Below, piece after piece: positions 18,919 to 27,781 of a stretch of DNA of 64,000 bases; within the stretch, counting starts at the first letter, position 1; every line of letters begins with the position of its first letter. Made by a program: the position numbers and the translations under genes. The notes beneath the pieces are model-generated. The model saw nothing but the letters and a program-made list of their open reading frames with translations, did not search any database and was not told the DNA's origin. This stretch comes from Bacteroidota bacterium (GTDB lineage: Bacteria > Bacteroidota > Bacteroidia > AKYH767-A > 2013-40CM-41-45): assembly GCA_046052345.1 (NCBI GenBank), contig JBJOMN010000065.1:333-64332 (forward strand), written 5' to 3'.

Positions 18919-20045
18919 TGAAAATCTGTCACTATACAACCGTCCATCGTTGGAACGACACACGGATTTTCCATAAGATGTGTGTTTCCCTTGCCGCTTC
19001 AGGCCATGAAGTGACACTCGTTGCGCCCGGTTCGGGCGTGCGAATGGTCAAGGGTGTGCTCGTGGCCGGAGTGCCATTCAGCTCAGGAAGGTTGGCACGC
19101 GCAACGGTTTTTTCCTGGCGGATCCTGCGCAGGGCTCTTGCTAGCAAGGCGGAAATCTTCCATTTCCATGATCCTGAACTCATCTGGACCGGGCTGCTTC
19201 TGCGTTTGTTCGGAAAGAAGGTGGTGTTCGATATCCATGAGAATATCCGTGCCCAGATCAGGGTGAAACGGTGGCTGCCGCTCCGCGGGCTTTTCGCTTC
19301 CGCCTTTTCCGTCGTTGATTTCGCAGTTCAATATCTTTTCTATCTGGTCCTTGCCGAAAATTCTTATACCCGATTGTACAGGCGCAGGCCCGATAAGACC
19401 GCGGTCGTAATGAATTTCCCGGACATCGAGGCCTTGAGGGATTTCCGGATAGAGGACAGGTCGCGGGTAGGAAACGGAATTTTCTATGTGGGAGGGGTGA
19501 CTGTCGAGCGCGGTATCAGGACTGTCCTGGACTCCCTGCTGCTTCTTCATGAGCAAGGTCTCGATTTTCATTTTCATTGTGTAGGTCCTGTCGCAGCGGA
19601 CGTACGCGTTGGTATAATCGACGCTTCCGTTTACGATCCAATTCGTTCCAAGGTCACCTTCCATGGCCCTATGGATCTGCCGGAAGCTTACGCGCTTTCC
19701 CGCACGTGCAGGGTAGGACTGTCTGTCCTGCTTCCCATCGACAACTACAGGGAGTCCTATTCGACCAAGGTCTTTGAATACATGAGTATAGGTTTGCCTG
19801 TCATAACATCAAACTTCCGGCTCTATGAGGAGGTCGTCACCCGACATAAGGCCGGTTTATGCATAGATCCCGGTAGCTCCGCTGATTTGGCAAATGCAAT
19901 CCGTGCCATCTTTGACCATGGTGATATTGCTGCGCAGATGTCCCGCAATGGAATTGATGCTGCCATCCGGCATTATTCATGGCGTGGCGAGTTCGACAAG
20001 CTGCTGGAATTATACGGAAAGTTAGACCCCGAAAAAAAACGATGA
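18918..20045 (+). CDS. Glycosyltransferase, GT4 family
   Basis: 375 aa. YSTKVFEYMSIGLPVITSNF is the typical GT4 nucleotide-sugar binding region. The start codon abuts the upstream stop. Confidence 0.85.
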   Translation: MKICHYTTVHRWNDTRIFHKMCVSLAASGHEVTLVAPGSGVRMVKGVLVAGVPFSSGRLARATVFSWRILRRALASKAEIFHFHDPELIWTGLLLRLFGKKVVFDIHENIRAQIRVKRWLPLRGLFASAFSVVDFAVQYLFYLVLAENSYTRLYRRRPDKTAVVMNFPDIEALRDFRIEDRSRVGNGIFYVGGVTVERGIRTVLDSLLLLHEQGLDFHFHCVGPVAADVRVGIIDASVYDPIRSKVTFHGPMDLPEAYALSRTCRVGLSVLLPIDNYRESYSTKVFEYMSIGLPVITSNFRLYEEVVTRHKAGLCIDPGSSADLANAIRAIFDHGDIAAQMSRNGIDAAIRHYSWRGEFDKLLELYGKLDPEKKR

Positions 20046-21283
20046 GACTCCTCATCCTCACCCAATACTTTCCGCCCGAAGTCGGTGCGCCGCAGAACCG
20101 TCTTTATGAGCTGGCGGTTCGGCTCAAGAAGGCCGGCGTGGATGTCACCGTGCTGACGGCCATGCCGAATTATCCGCGGATGGTCATCCATCCCGAATAC
20201 GCCGGAAAGAAATATGCCATGGAGGAGATGGGAGGAATCACCGTACATCGTTCTTCCATCTACGTTTCCACCGACCGTTCTATCGTGAAACGGTTGCGCA
20301 ACTATTTTTCGTTCGTCCTTTCGTCCTGGCGCACCGGACGCCGCCTCGACGGGCCGTTCGATTTCATATTCTGCGAAAGTCCGCCGCTTTTCCTGGGAAT
20401 TTCGGCCCTGCTGCTGGCGCGATGTTTCAAGGCCCGTATGATCTTCAACGTCTCCGACCTCTGGCCCGAGAGCGCCGAGAAACTGGGACTGGTCACCAAT
20501 CGTGTCTTGCTGAAAGCAGCAACCATCCTCGAAGAACGTCTGTACCGTTCTTCCTCCCTTATCACCGGCCAGACGCAGGGAATCGTCCGGAATATCCGTT
20601 CCCGCTTTCCTCAGAAGGAAGTTTACTGGCTACCCAATGGTGTAGATTTGGAGTATTACAATCCGGATTCCTTCGACCGTTCATGGCGTACGGAAGCAGG
20701 ATTCAGGGAGCAAGACTTCCTCGTGCTTTATGCCGGCATCATCGGCCATGCTCAAGGATTGGAGGTCATCCTGGATGCCGCTGAACGTCTTCGCGACCAT
20801 CCTCGTATCCGCTTTCTGATGCTGGGTGACGGACCTGAGAAGGAGCGTTTGACCGCTTCTGCCGCCGGGCGCCGACTGACCAATGTCGTTTTCCTTGATC
20901 CCGTCCCAAAAGCAAAGATGCCGTTTGTCGTATCTGCCTCCGATGCCGCCGTCGTCCCGCTCAAGCGCCTGGAGCTTTTCAAAGGCGCTATCCCGTCCAA
21001 GATCTTCGAATCACTGGCGATGCGTAAACCCGTTTTGCTGGGAGTGGAAGGGGAGGCGAAGGAACTATTCATCGAGGAAGGGAAGTGTGGTATTGCGTTC
21101 ACCCCCGAATCCGATTCGGAGTTAGCGGAGGGGGTATTGAAGCTTTCCGGCGACAAGGAACTGCTTCTTCGCCTTGGCGAGAATGCAAGGGCCTACGCGG
21201 CCTCCCGTTTCGACCGGAACCGCATTGCAGCCGACTTCCTGCATCAGCTCGAGAAGTCGTATTCAACACGCAGCCGTGGATGA
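20042..21283 (+). CDS. Glycosyltransferase, GT4 family (WbuB-like)
   Basis: MRLLILTQYFPPEVGAPQNRLYELA at the N-terminus and FKGAIPSKIFESLAMRKPVLLG near the C-terminus. The start was set to the in-frame ATG at 20042, overlapping the upstream stop (ATGA). Confidence 0.85.
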   Translation: MRLLILTQYFPPEVGAPQNRLYELAVRLKKAGVDVTVLTAMPNYPRMVIHPEYAGKKYAMEEMGGITVHRSSIYVSTDRSIVKRLRNYFSFVLSSWRTGRRLDGPFDFIFCESPPLFLGISALLLARCFKARMIFNVSDLWPESAEKLGLVTNRVLLKAATILEERLYRSSSLITGQTQGIVRNIRSRFPQKEVYWLPNGVDLEYYNPDSFDRSWRTEAGFREQDFLVLYAGIIGHAQGLEVILDAAERLRDHPRIRFLMLGDGPEKERLTASAAGRRLTNVVFLDPVPKAKMPFVVSASDAAVVPLKRLELFKGAIPSKIFESLAMRKPVLLGVEGEAKELFIEEGKCGIAFTPESDSELAEGVLKLSGDKELLLRLGENARAYAASRFDRNRIAADFLHQLEKSYSTRSRG

Positions 21284-21334
21284 CGGAGTATCGCCGTCTT
21301 ATGAAACCCTCCTTATAGCGGTAAATTAGCAGCC

Positions 21335-22552
21335 ATGAAAGCTGCCCTCGAGCGGACAGTACCCATCCTGTTCTCTCTGCTCTTTTTCGTACTTACCTTC
21401 TCGAAGGCGATTGTTTCCATCTTGCTGGTGCTGCTGTTGCTTGCGGGCATGCTTACCGCGGACCGGTCAGCTTGGCGGCGGACACTGCGTTCCCCTGTTC
21501 TGTGGTGGCCGACGGCATTCGTGACCTGGCACTTGGTTTCATTGCTGTGGTCCGAAAACCTCGCCTTCGGTTTTTTTGATCTCCAGATCAAAGTGCTGCT
21601 GGTCGTCATCTCGCTCGTAGTGCTGCTCCACGAACCGTTTCTTCGTTCCCGCGGCTCACGACTTTTTCTCGCTTTTTATTCAGGATTGGCCTTTAGTGTC
21701 GCGGTGTTGCTGGTGTATGCGTTCATGCGGCACAGAGAGACCGGCTCCTGGAGCCCGTTCTTCTATACCGGCTTCTCCAATTTCATGCACCCTTCCTACC
21801 TGGCTTGTTATCTGGATGTGGCGGTATTGCTATTGTTGACCGGAGCGTCCGGGTTGAACGTCCTGTCCGGCGCTATAAAGTGGTCGCTGATCGTTCTGTT
21901 CAGTGTCGCTGTGGTGCTGTTGAACAGCAAGGCGGGTATTATCGGGTGGTGCCTGGTCACGTTAGTGCTGATGTTGTGGAAGTCGGTGCGGGAGAGATCC
22001 TTGTCCGCACTTTTTGCCGCTGTGCTTTTTCCCGTCCTGATGTGGACGGCTCTGCGATTGGTGGCGCCCGCCACCGGCGACAGAATGGCCGACCTTCAAA
22101 AGGCTGTAGGAGCATCGGAGACTGTTTCGAATCCGCAAGCTTCATCGGCGGTTCGTATTGCAGTTTGGCGGACGACTTGGCAGCTCATCCGCAGTCAACC
22201 GCTGCTGGGAACGGGTGCGGGTGACATCAAGGACGAGCTCATAGCGGCCTATGCTGCAGAGGGCGCATCGTTCTCCGCCGAACACCGCTTCAACGCGCAC
22301 AACCAGTTCCTCCAGACCTGGCTGGCAACCGGCATCATCGGCTTGCTGCTGTTGCTGGGAACCCTTTTCTTTCCGACACTGCAATATCGATTGTACCCGG
22401 AGCCGGCATGGGTGCTGTTCATCGTGCTGTCTGCTTTCAACATGGCGGTGGAGTCGCTGCTGGAAAGACAAGACGGTGTGGTATTCTTTGCGCTGTTTTA
22501 TTCCGTATTTTTGATTCGGTTCGCACACAGCCGTCATTCCGGCGACTTATGA
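21335..22552 (+). CDS. O-antigen ligase/polymerase family membrane protein (Wzy-like)
   Basis: 405-aa multi-TM protein with a Wzy_C-type motif region: GTGAGDIKDELIAAY...FNAHNQFLQTWLATGIIGLLLLLGTLF. Confidence 0.8.
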   Translation: MKAALERTVPILFSLLFFVLTFSKAIVSILLVLLLLAGMLTADRSAWRRTLRSPVLWWPTAFVTWHLVSLLWSENLAFGFFDLQIKVLLVVISLVVLLHEPFLRSRGSRLFLAFYSGLAFSVAVLLVYAFMRHRETGSWSPFFYTGFSNFMHPSYLACYLDVAVLLLLTGASGLNVLSGAIKWSLIVLFSVAVVLLNSKAGIIGWCLVTLVLMLWKSVRERSLSALFAAVLFPVLMWTALRLVAPATGDRMADLQKAVGASETVSNPQASSAVRIAVWRTTWQLIRSQPLLGTGAGDIKDELIAAYAAEGASFSAEHRFNAHNQFLQTWLATGIIGLLLLLGTLFFPTLQYRLYPEPAWVLFIVLSAFNMAVESLLERQDGVVFFALFYSVFLIRFAHSRHSGDL

Positions 22553-23640
22553 AAGTCATCAACATCGTCGGGGCACGTCCCCAGTTCGTGAAGGCCGCCA
22601 TGGTCAGTCGCGCCCTGCGCAGCCGGCCGGGTACCCGGGAGATCCTGCTGCACACCGGCCAGCATTTCGACCGTGCCATGTCCGGCGACTTGCTCGACGA
22701 ACTCGGCTTTCCGCCGATGGACTATAACCTCGGCATCAATCAGCTTTCGCACGGCGCCATGACCGGCAGAATGCTGGAGGAGATCGAGAAGGTGCTGATT
22801 GCAGAGAAGCCCGATTATGTGATAGTCTACGGCGATACCAACTCTACCGTCGCCGGTGCACTGGCTGCCAGGAAGATGCACATCCGTGTTGCGCACATCG
22901 AAGCCGGTATGCGTTCCTTCAACATGAAGATGCCCGAGGAGATCAACCGCGTCATGACCGACCGTATCAGCGACCTGCTGTTCTGTTCGTCCGACACCAG
23001 TGCCGGTCACCTGCGCGACGAAGGCTTCGGACATTTTCCCTGCCAGGTCATCACCTCCGGCGATGTGATGTACGACGCCTACCTGCATTTTCTGCCGCTT
23101 GCCGCAAAGGCAACCACGGTCTTGGACCGATTGCCTTTCCGGGAGTTTGCGCTGTGCACCCTGCACCGTGAATCAAACGTCGACCACCGGGACCAACTCG
23201 CGGCCGTCCTTAGCGCACTGGACCGTATTCATTCGGAACTGCCGGTAGTGCTGCCGCTGCATCCTCGTACCGCAAAGCGTATGGAAGAGTGGGGGATACG
23301 CACCAAGGTGCATTGCATCCCTCCGGTCACCTACCTGGACATGCTTGCACTATTGCAACGTTGCACACTTGTTCTCACCGACTCGGGCGGTTTGCAAAAA
23401 GAGGCGTATTTCGCCGAGAAGCCTTGTCTGACCTTGCGCTATGAGACCGAGTGGACCGAACTTGTCGAAAAAGGTTATAACAAACTGGTCGGAACCGACC
23501 CCGATTGGATACTCAATAACTTCCGCTGGATGATGGAACAGCCTGTCTCTTTCGAGCCCGGCATCTACGGGAACGGCCATGCAGCCGAGGTGATCGCCGG
23601 TTCCATACTACGTCCTGCAGCAACCCCCGCAACGGCATGA
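22549..23640 (+). CDS. wecB: UDP-N-acetylglucosamine 2-epimerase (non-hydrolysing)
   Basis: MKVINIVGARPQFVKAAMVSRAL, HIEAGMRSFN and VLTDSGGLQKEAYF. The start was set to the ATG at 22549 (ATGA overlap with the upstream stop). Confidence 0.9.
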   Translation: MKVINIVGARPQFVKAAMVSRALRSRPGTREILLHTGQHFDRAMSGDLLDELGFPPMDYNLGINQLSHGAMTGRMLEEIEKVLIAEKPDYVIVYGDTNSTVAGALAARKMHIRVAHIEAGMRSFNMKMPEEINRVMTDRISDLLFCSSDTSAGHLRDEGFGHFPCQVITSGDVMYDAYLHFLPLAAKATTVLDRLPFREFALCTLHRESNVDHRDQLAAVLSALDRIHSELPVVLPLHPRTAKRMEEWGIRTKVHCIPPVTYLDMLALLQRCTLVLTDSGGLQKEAYFAEKPCLTLRYETEWTELVEKGYNKLVGTDPDWILNNFRWMMEQPVSFEPGIYGNGHAAEVIAGSILRPAATPATA

Positions 23641-24863
23641 TACCTTTTTCACCGCCCCGCATCGACCAGAAGATCATCGACGAAGTGACAGATACGCTCC
23701 GCTCGGGTTGGATCACGACCGGTCCCAAGACCAAGCGTTTTGAGAAGGAGCTATCTGCATATTACGGTTCCGCTTCTACCTTGTGCCTCAACTCCGCCAC
23801 CGCCGGTCTTGAGCTCATGCTTCGCTGGTTCGGCGTGGGTCCCGGCGATGAAGTCATTCTTCCCGCTTATACTTACTCCGCGACCGCGAACGTCATCGTC
23901 CATTGCGGCGCCACACCTGTTTTTGTCGATATCCTGGACGACTTCAACATCGATCCTGCCGCAGTACGCAAGGCTGTAACCGAACGCACAAAGGCGGTCA
24001 TGCCGGTCGATTTTGGCGGATGGCCGTGCGATTACGATACGATCAACTCGATCGTGCGTGATTCAGAGGTCAGGAACAAATTCCGTCCTTCGACGGAGGA
24101 GCAACGCATGCTCGGGCGCATGCTTGTGCTTTCCGATGCCGCCCATAGCATTGGCGGACGTTATAAGGGCCGACTGACCGGTTCGCTGGCGGATGTGTCT
24201 GTTTTCAGTTTTCACGCCGTCAAGAACCTGACTACGGCGGAAGGGGGAGCAGTGGCGCTATGTCTGCCTGCTCCTTTCGACAACGAAGCCGTTTACCGGC
24301 AGCTGTGTGTCAAGTCGCTGCACGGGCAGAACAAGGATGCGCTGGCCAAGCTTCAGCCCGGCAATTGGCGCTACGATATCGTAGAGCCCGGTTACAAGAT
24401 GAACATGACTGACATCATGGCTTCCATCGGACTGGTGGAGCTGGCGCGTTATGAGTCGGAGACACTTCCGAAGCGGAAGCAAGTCTGCGACCGCTATACG
24501 GCGGCATTTTCCTCCAAACCCTGGGCGAAGACACCGGTGATGCAAGACAGTAAAGGCAGCATATCGTCCTACCACTTATATGCGTTGCGCATCAACAGCC
24601 TGGACGAATCCGGGCGGGACGAGGTGATCCGTCGTATCAGTGAGCGGGGGGTATCCGTCAATGTGCATTTCATTCCCGTTCCCATGATGAGTTATTACCG
24701 CGGACTGGGATATTCCGTTACTGATTATCCGGTCACCTATGCCGCCTACTCGTCGGAGATTTCGTTGCCGGTCTACTACGGTCTGACCGATGAACAGTTA
24801 GGAATTGTTACGGACGCTGTGGTGCAGTCCGTCGAAGAAGTTTTGCTTAACGTCAAATCATGA
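23637..24863 (+). CDS. DegT/DnrJ/EryC1/StrS-family PLP-dependent sugar aminotransferase
   Basis: 408 aa. SFHAVKNLTTAEGGAV contains the Schiff-base lysine context of this family. N-terminus: FSPPRIDQKIIDEVTDTLRSGWITTGPKTKRFE. Confidence 0.9.
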   Translation: MIPFSPPRIDQKIIDEVTDTLRSGWITTGPKTKRFEKELSAYYGSASTLCLNSATAGLELMLRWFGVGPGDEVILPAYTYSATANVIVHCGATPVFVDILDDFNIDPAAVRKAVTERTKAVMPVDFGGWPCDYDTINSIVRDSEVRNKFRPSTEEQRMLGRMLVLSDAAHSIGGRYKGRLTGSLADVSVFSFHAVKNLTTAEGGAVALCLPAPFDNEAVYRQLCVKSLHGQNKDALAKLQPGNWRYDIVEPGYKMNMTDIMASIGLVELARYESETLPKRKQVCDRYTAAFSSKPWAKTPVMQDSKGSISSYHLYALRINSLDESGRDEVIRRISERGVSVNVHFIPVPMMSYYRGLGYSVTDYPVTYAAYSSEISLPVYYGLTDEQLGIVTDAVVQSVEEVLLNVKS

Positions 24864-26200
24864 TAAGAATCAAGATACTTTCCTTCGCTTTCATACTCCT
24901 GTCTTTCGCTGCCGGCGCTCAGGATTCGCTTTCTTTCATCCGGCGGTCGACTGAGATCCTGGATTTGCTGAACCGTCAGAAGTACCAGGCAGTGGTCGAC
25001 CGGCTGGACTCAGCAACGGCTGCACGGCTGGACTCTGCCCGTCTGGGGGGTGCTTGGCGTAACCTGTTGAAACGCGCCGGTCCTTTCAACGGGGTCCTGG
25101 ATACTTCCTACGACCATCAGCCGAACTACGATGTGGTGATATTGCAGTCATTGTTCGGTACGAAGAAGATCGATATCAAGACGGTCTACGGAGCCGGAGG
25201 CGCCTTGAAAGGCGTCTTCTTCACAGCGACCGATACCCGTGAGAAATACCACGATCCTCCGTATTACCGCCCCGAACTTTTCGAGGAGGTGCCGGGGGAA
25301 TTGCGCAACGGCGAGAACAAGATGAAAAGCGTCCTGACCGTTCCTAAAAACCGAGGTCGTGTGCCGGCGGTCGTGCTGGTACACGGAACCGGGCCGAACG
25401 ACAAGGACGAAACCGTAGGTGCCACCAAGATTTTCCGTGACCTGGCAGTCGGATTGTCAGCCAACGGCATCGCAGTACTCCGCTACGACAAGCGCACCCG
25501 TGCCATGGCCGCTTCGTTGATGCGCAACAAGAACATCCTGACCCCTGAAGAGGAGACGATTGCCGATGCAGTAGCAGCGGTGGAGTTGTTGAAGAAGGAC
25601 CCCCGGATCGATACCTCCCGAATCTGGTTGGCAGGCCACAGCATGGGAGCTTATCTGTTGCCGCAGGTTGTGAAGCGCGCCGGCTTCGTGAAGGGCATGG
25701 TCCTTCTGAGTCCCCACGGACGGCCGCTGCAGGACATGCTTTTGGAACAGGACAAGTATCTGCTCGCTTCCTCAGAAGGTAAATCCGAAGCGGAACGCGC
25801 CGCCATCATCGATTCAATCACTGTAGAAGCTTCACGGGTCGGAAAATTGACTGCAGCGAATGCCGGCGATTCTGCAAGGATCCTTGGACTGCATCCCGCG
25901 TACTGGCTTTACCTGAAGCAGTACGATGCGGTCGCCACCGCAAAATCATCGGGTAAGACGATACTGATCCTGCACGGCGGAAGGGACTTCCAGGTCTCTG
26001 ACAAGGACTTTCAGACGTGGGTGGAAGCGTTCAAGGGAAATGTCTCCGTCGCCACGAGGCGTTACGCGGACCTTAATCATTTCTACATCAAAGGTTCGGG
26101 CAAGAGTCTGCCGGAGGAATACTTCAAGGCGGGGAATGTGGAAGAAGCGGTGGTGCTGGATATCGCGGGATGGATCAATAACGGTTCGTTGCCGAAGTGA
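24860..26200 (+). CDS. Secreted alpha/beta-fold serine hydrolase
   Basis: Signal peptide MIRIKILSFAFILLSFAAGAQD. Nucleophile elbow LAGHSMGAYL. Downstream acid and His candidates are LHGGRDFQV and DLNHFY. Both ends overlap the neighbouring genes. Confidence 0.75.
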   Translation: MIRIKILSFAFILLSFAAGAQDSLSFIRRSTEILDLLNRQKYQAVVDRLDSATAARLDSARLGGAWRNLLKRAGPFNGVLDTSYDHQPNYDVVILQSLFGTKKIDIKTVYGAGGALKGVFFTATDTREKYHDPPYYRPELFEEVPGELRNGENKMKSVLTVPKNRGRVPAVVLVHGTGPNDKDETVGATKIFRDLAVGLSANGIAVLRYDKRTRAMAASLMRNKNILTPEEETIADAVAAVELLKKDPRIDTSRIWLAGHSMGAYLLPQVVKRAGFVKGMVLLSPHGRPLQDMLLEQDKYLLASSEGKSEAERAAIIDSITVEASRVGKLTAANAGDSARILGLHPAYWLYLKQYDAVATAKSSGKTILILHGGRDFQVSDKDFQTWVEAFKGNVSVATRRYADLNHFYIKGSGKSLPEEYFKAGNVEEAVVLDIAGWINNGSLPK

Positions 26201-26802
26201 TGTCCCGTCCGCTGCTTCGCGTATTCGACGTGCTGCTCAGCGTAACGGGTATTTTACTCCTTTCGCCGGTGATGTTCTTCACGGCACTGTGCATCCTGAC
26301 ATTTGACGGAACCCCTGTGCTTTATGTTCAGCAGCGGGTGGGTCGTTACGGTGCGGATTTCCGGCTGTTCAAGTTCAGGACTATGCGCAGGAATGCCGAG
26401 GCGGACGGACAGCTTACGATCGGGGGCAGGGATTCCCGGATAACTCGTACGGGTCATTTTCTTCGCAGGTACAAGCTGGATGAATTGCCGCAATTGTTTA
26501 ACGTGGTTTCCGGTAGTATGAGCCTTGTCGGTCCCCGGCCGGAAGTGCGACGGTATGTTGAGCGCTATACGGCTGAACAGCGCAGGGTTTTGGAAGTCAG
26601 GCCGGGCATCACGGACGAGGCCTCCATTTTGTATTCGGACGAAAACCGGTTGCTCGGTGGTCAGGCGGATCCGGAGAAATACTATTTGGAGGTGGTGATG
26701 CCGGACAAGATCCGGCTGAATATGCGGTTTATCGATCACGGCGGTCCCCGCGCTTACTTCGGCATCATTTTCAGGACTCTTCTGAAGGTCCTTCGCGGGT
26801 AG
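26200..26802 (+). CDS. Small monotopic phosphoglycosyl transferase (PglC/WbaP C-terminal type 'bacterial sugar transferase')
   Basis: N-terminal re-entrant helix, [10 protein letters not shown], and [22 protein letters not shown]. About 200 aa. The ATG at 26200 is preferred over the GTG at 26197. Confidence 0.9.
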   Translation: MSRPLLRVFDVLLSVTGILLLSPVMFFTALCILTFDGTPVLYVQQRVGRYGADFRLFKFRTMRRNAEADGQLTIGGRDSRITRTGHFLRRYKLDELPQLFNVVSGSMSLVGPRPEVRRYVERYTAEQRRVLEVRPGITDEASILYSDENRLLGGQADPEKYYLEVVMPDKIRLNMRFIDHGGPRAYFGIIFRTLLKVLRG

Positions 26803-26840
26803 CTCATAACTGCTAACTGCGGTTTTTTTAAGATTTTTCG

Positions 26841-26848
26841 TAACTTTG
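26841..26848 (+). promoter_or_regulatory. Candidate Bacteroidota -7 promoter box (TAnnTTTG) for the Cas6-like gene
   Basis: TAACTTTG is a perfect match to TAnnTTTG, 88 nt upstream of the ATG at 26937. No clean TTTG -33 element was seen, only a T-rich tract. About 30 chance matches to this motif are expected in the window on both strands. Confidence 0.3.
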
Positions 26849-26936
26849 TGTCCGTTTTAACGAAAAACTGCAAAAAACCGGTATTACCGGCATCTTCTAT
26901 TTTATCTGAAATCCTCTTTTTCACCTATCCCTTCCT

Positions 26937-27725
26937 ATGCGAATTAAAATCTCCTTTTTGAAGGTGCACAGCAGTGCGGGAACCGTACCGTTGCACCACC
27001 AGAAGATCATTTCCGCCCTTATGGATGAGGTCATCCGCGAAGTCCCTACCGCATCGCCCTTCTATAATTTCTCCTCCCTGAAAGGGACCTCCAAGGTCCA
27101 GAACGGGCAGATCAGATTCCTCTCCTCGAAAGTAACACTGGTCGTTTCCGCTGCACAGGATGATTTCGCGAAAGACTGGGTGGAAAACCTTTTCGATAAG
27201 CGATTGGTCAGCTTCGCCAAACTCACCCTCGTTCCGAAGGCTTACGAGGTGATTCCTGATCCCGAGTTCAAGACCGAGATGAAGTATGTCTGTATTTCGC
27301 CGATGGTCTGCCAGCCGCCGTTCGAGACCGATGCCGATGGGAACATACCGGATGCACTTGATCCGCGGACGCAGGAGTTTTCCGATGCGTTCTACAACGC
27401 GATCATGGACCGTATGGAACAGGCCGGTTTCACACCCGAGCAGATGCAGAAGTTCGCCGAATTCGAGATCATTCCTGATCCCGCTTACATCGACAAGATC
27501 CTGAATACGCACCGTAAGTTCGCCCGCATTTACAAGAACAACGATAACCTCCCGATATTCGGATACCTGTTGCCTTTTACGCTTCACGCGCACCCGCAGG
27601 TCCAGAAATTCGTCTGGGATTGCGGTATCGGTCTGTACACGGACCAAGGCTACGGCATGGTGGATGTAGTGGGCGGTATTTCACAGCCAAACATCCACGA
27701 AGAGGGGATGTCCGGTTCAAACTGA
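26937..27725 (+). CDS. Cas6-like RAMP-superfamily protein, stand-alone
   Basis: 262 aa. The N-terminus MRIKISFLKV...VPLHHQKIISALMDEVI resembles Cas6 N-termini (MRIKL.F....LP.NY...L...IY). The C-terminal DCGIGLYTDQGYGMV fits the Cas6 glycine-rich loop G-h-G-x5-G-h-G exactly. The antisense ORF 26925..27647 has shadow-ORF composition. Confidence 0.5.
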   Translation: MRIKISFLKVHSSAGTVPLHHQKIISALMDEVIREVPTASPFYNFSSLKGTSKVQNGQIRFLSSKVTLVVSAAQDDFAKDWVENLFDKRLVSFAKLTLVPKAYEVIPDPEFKTEMKYVCISPMVCQPPFETDADGNIPDALDPRTQEFSDAFYNAIMDRMEQAGFTPEQMQKFAEFEIIPDPAYIDKILNTHRKFARIYKNNDNLPIFGYLLPFTLHAHPQVQKFVWDCGIGLYTDQGYGMVDVVGGISQPNIHEEGMSGSN

Positions 27726-27781
27726 ATCAGGGTCGCTTGCCGTCAGTGACGGTCAACCAGCCGTATTTGCGATATTTTTGG

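Noticed and set aside
16448-22548. N-terminal extensions of listed ORFs (16448-16492, 17203-17277, 19979-20041, 22408-22548) and, further right, 63554-63673
   Set aside because: Each extension overlaps the preceding gene and encodes basic, low-complexity sequence. In each case an in-frame ATG gives a canonical family N-terminus and an ATGA-type junction, or a short gap, with the neighbour.
26925-27647. 240-aa minus-strand ORF antisense to the Cas6-like gene
   Set aside because: It has typical shadow-ORF composition (R/L/V/D/E rich, no motifs). The plus-strand frame carries recognisable Cas6-like N- and C-terminal motifs and a sensible upstream region.
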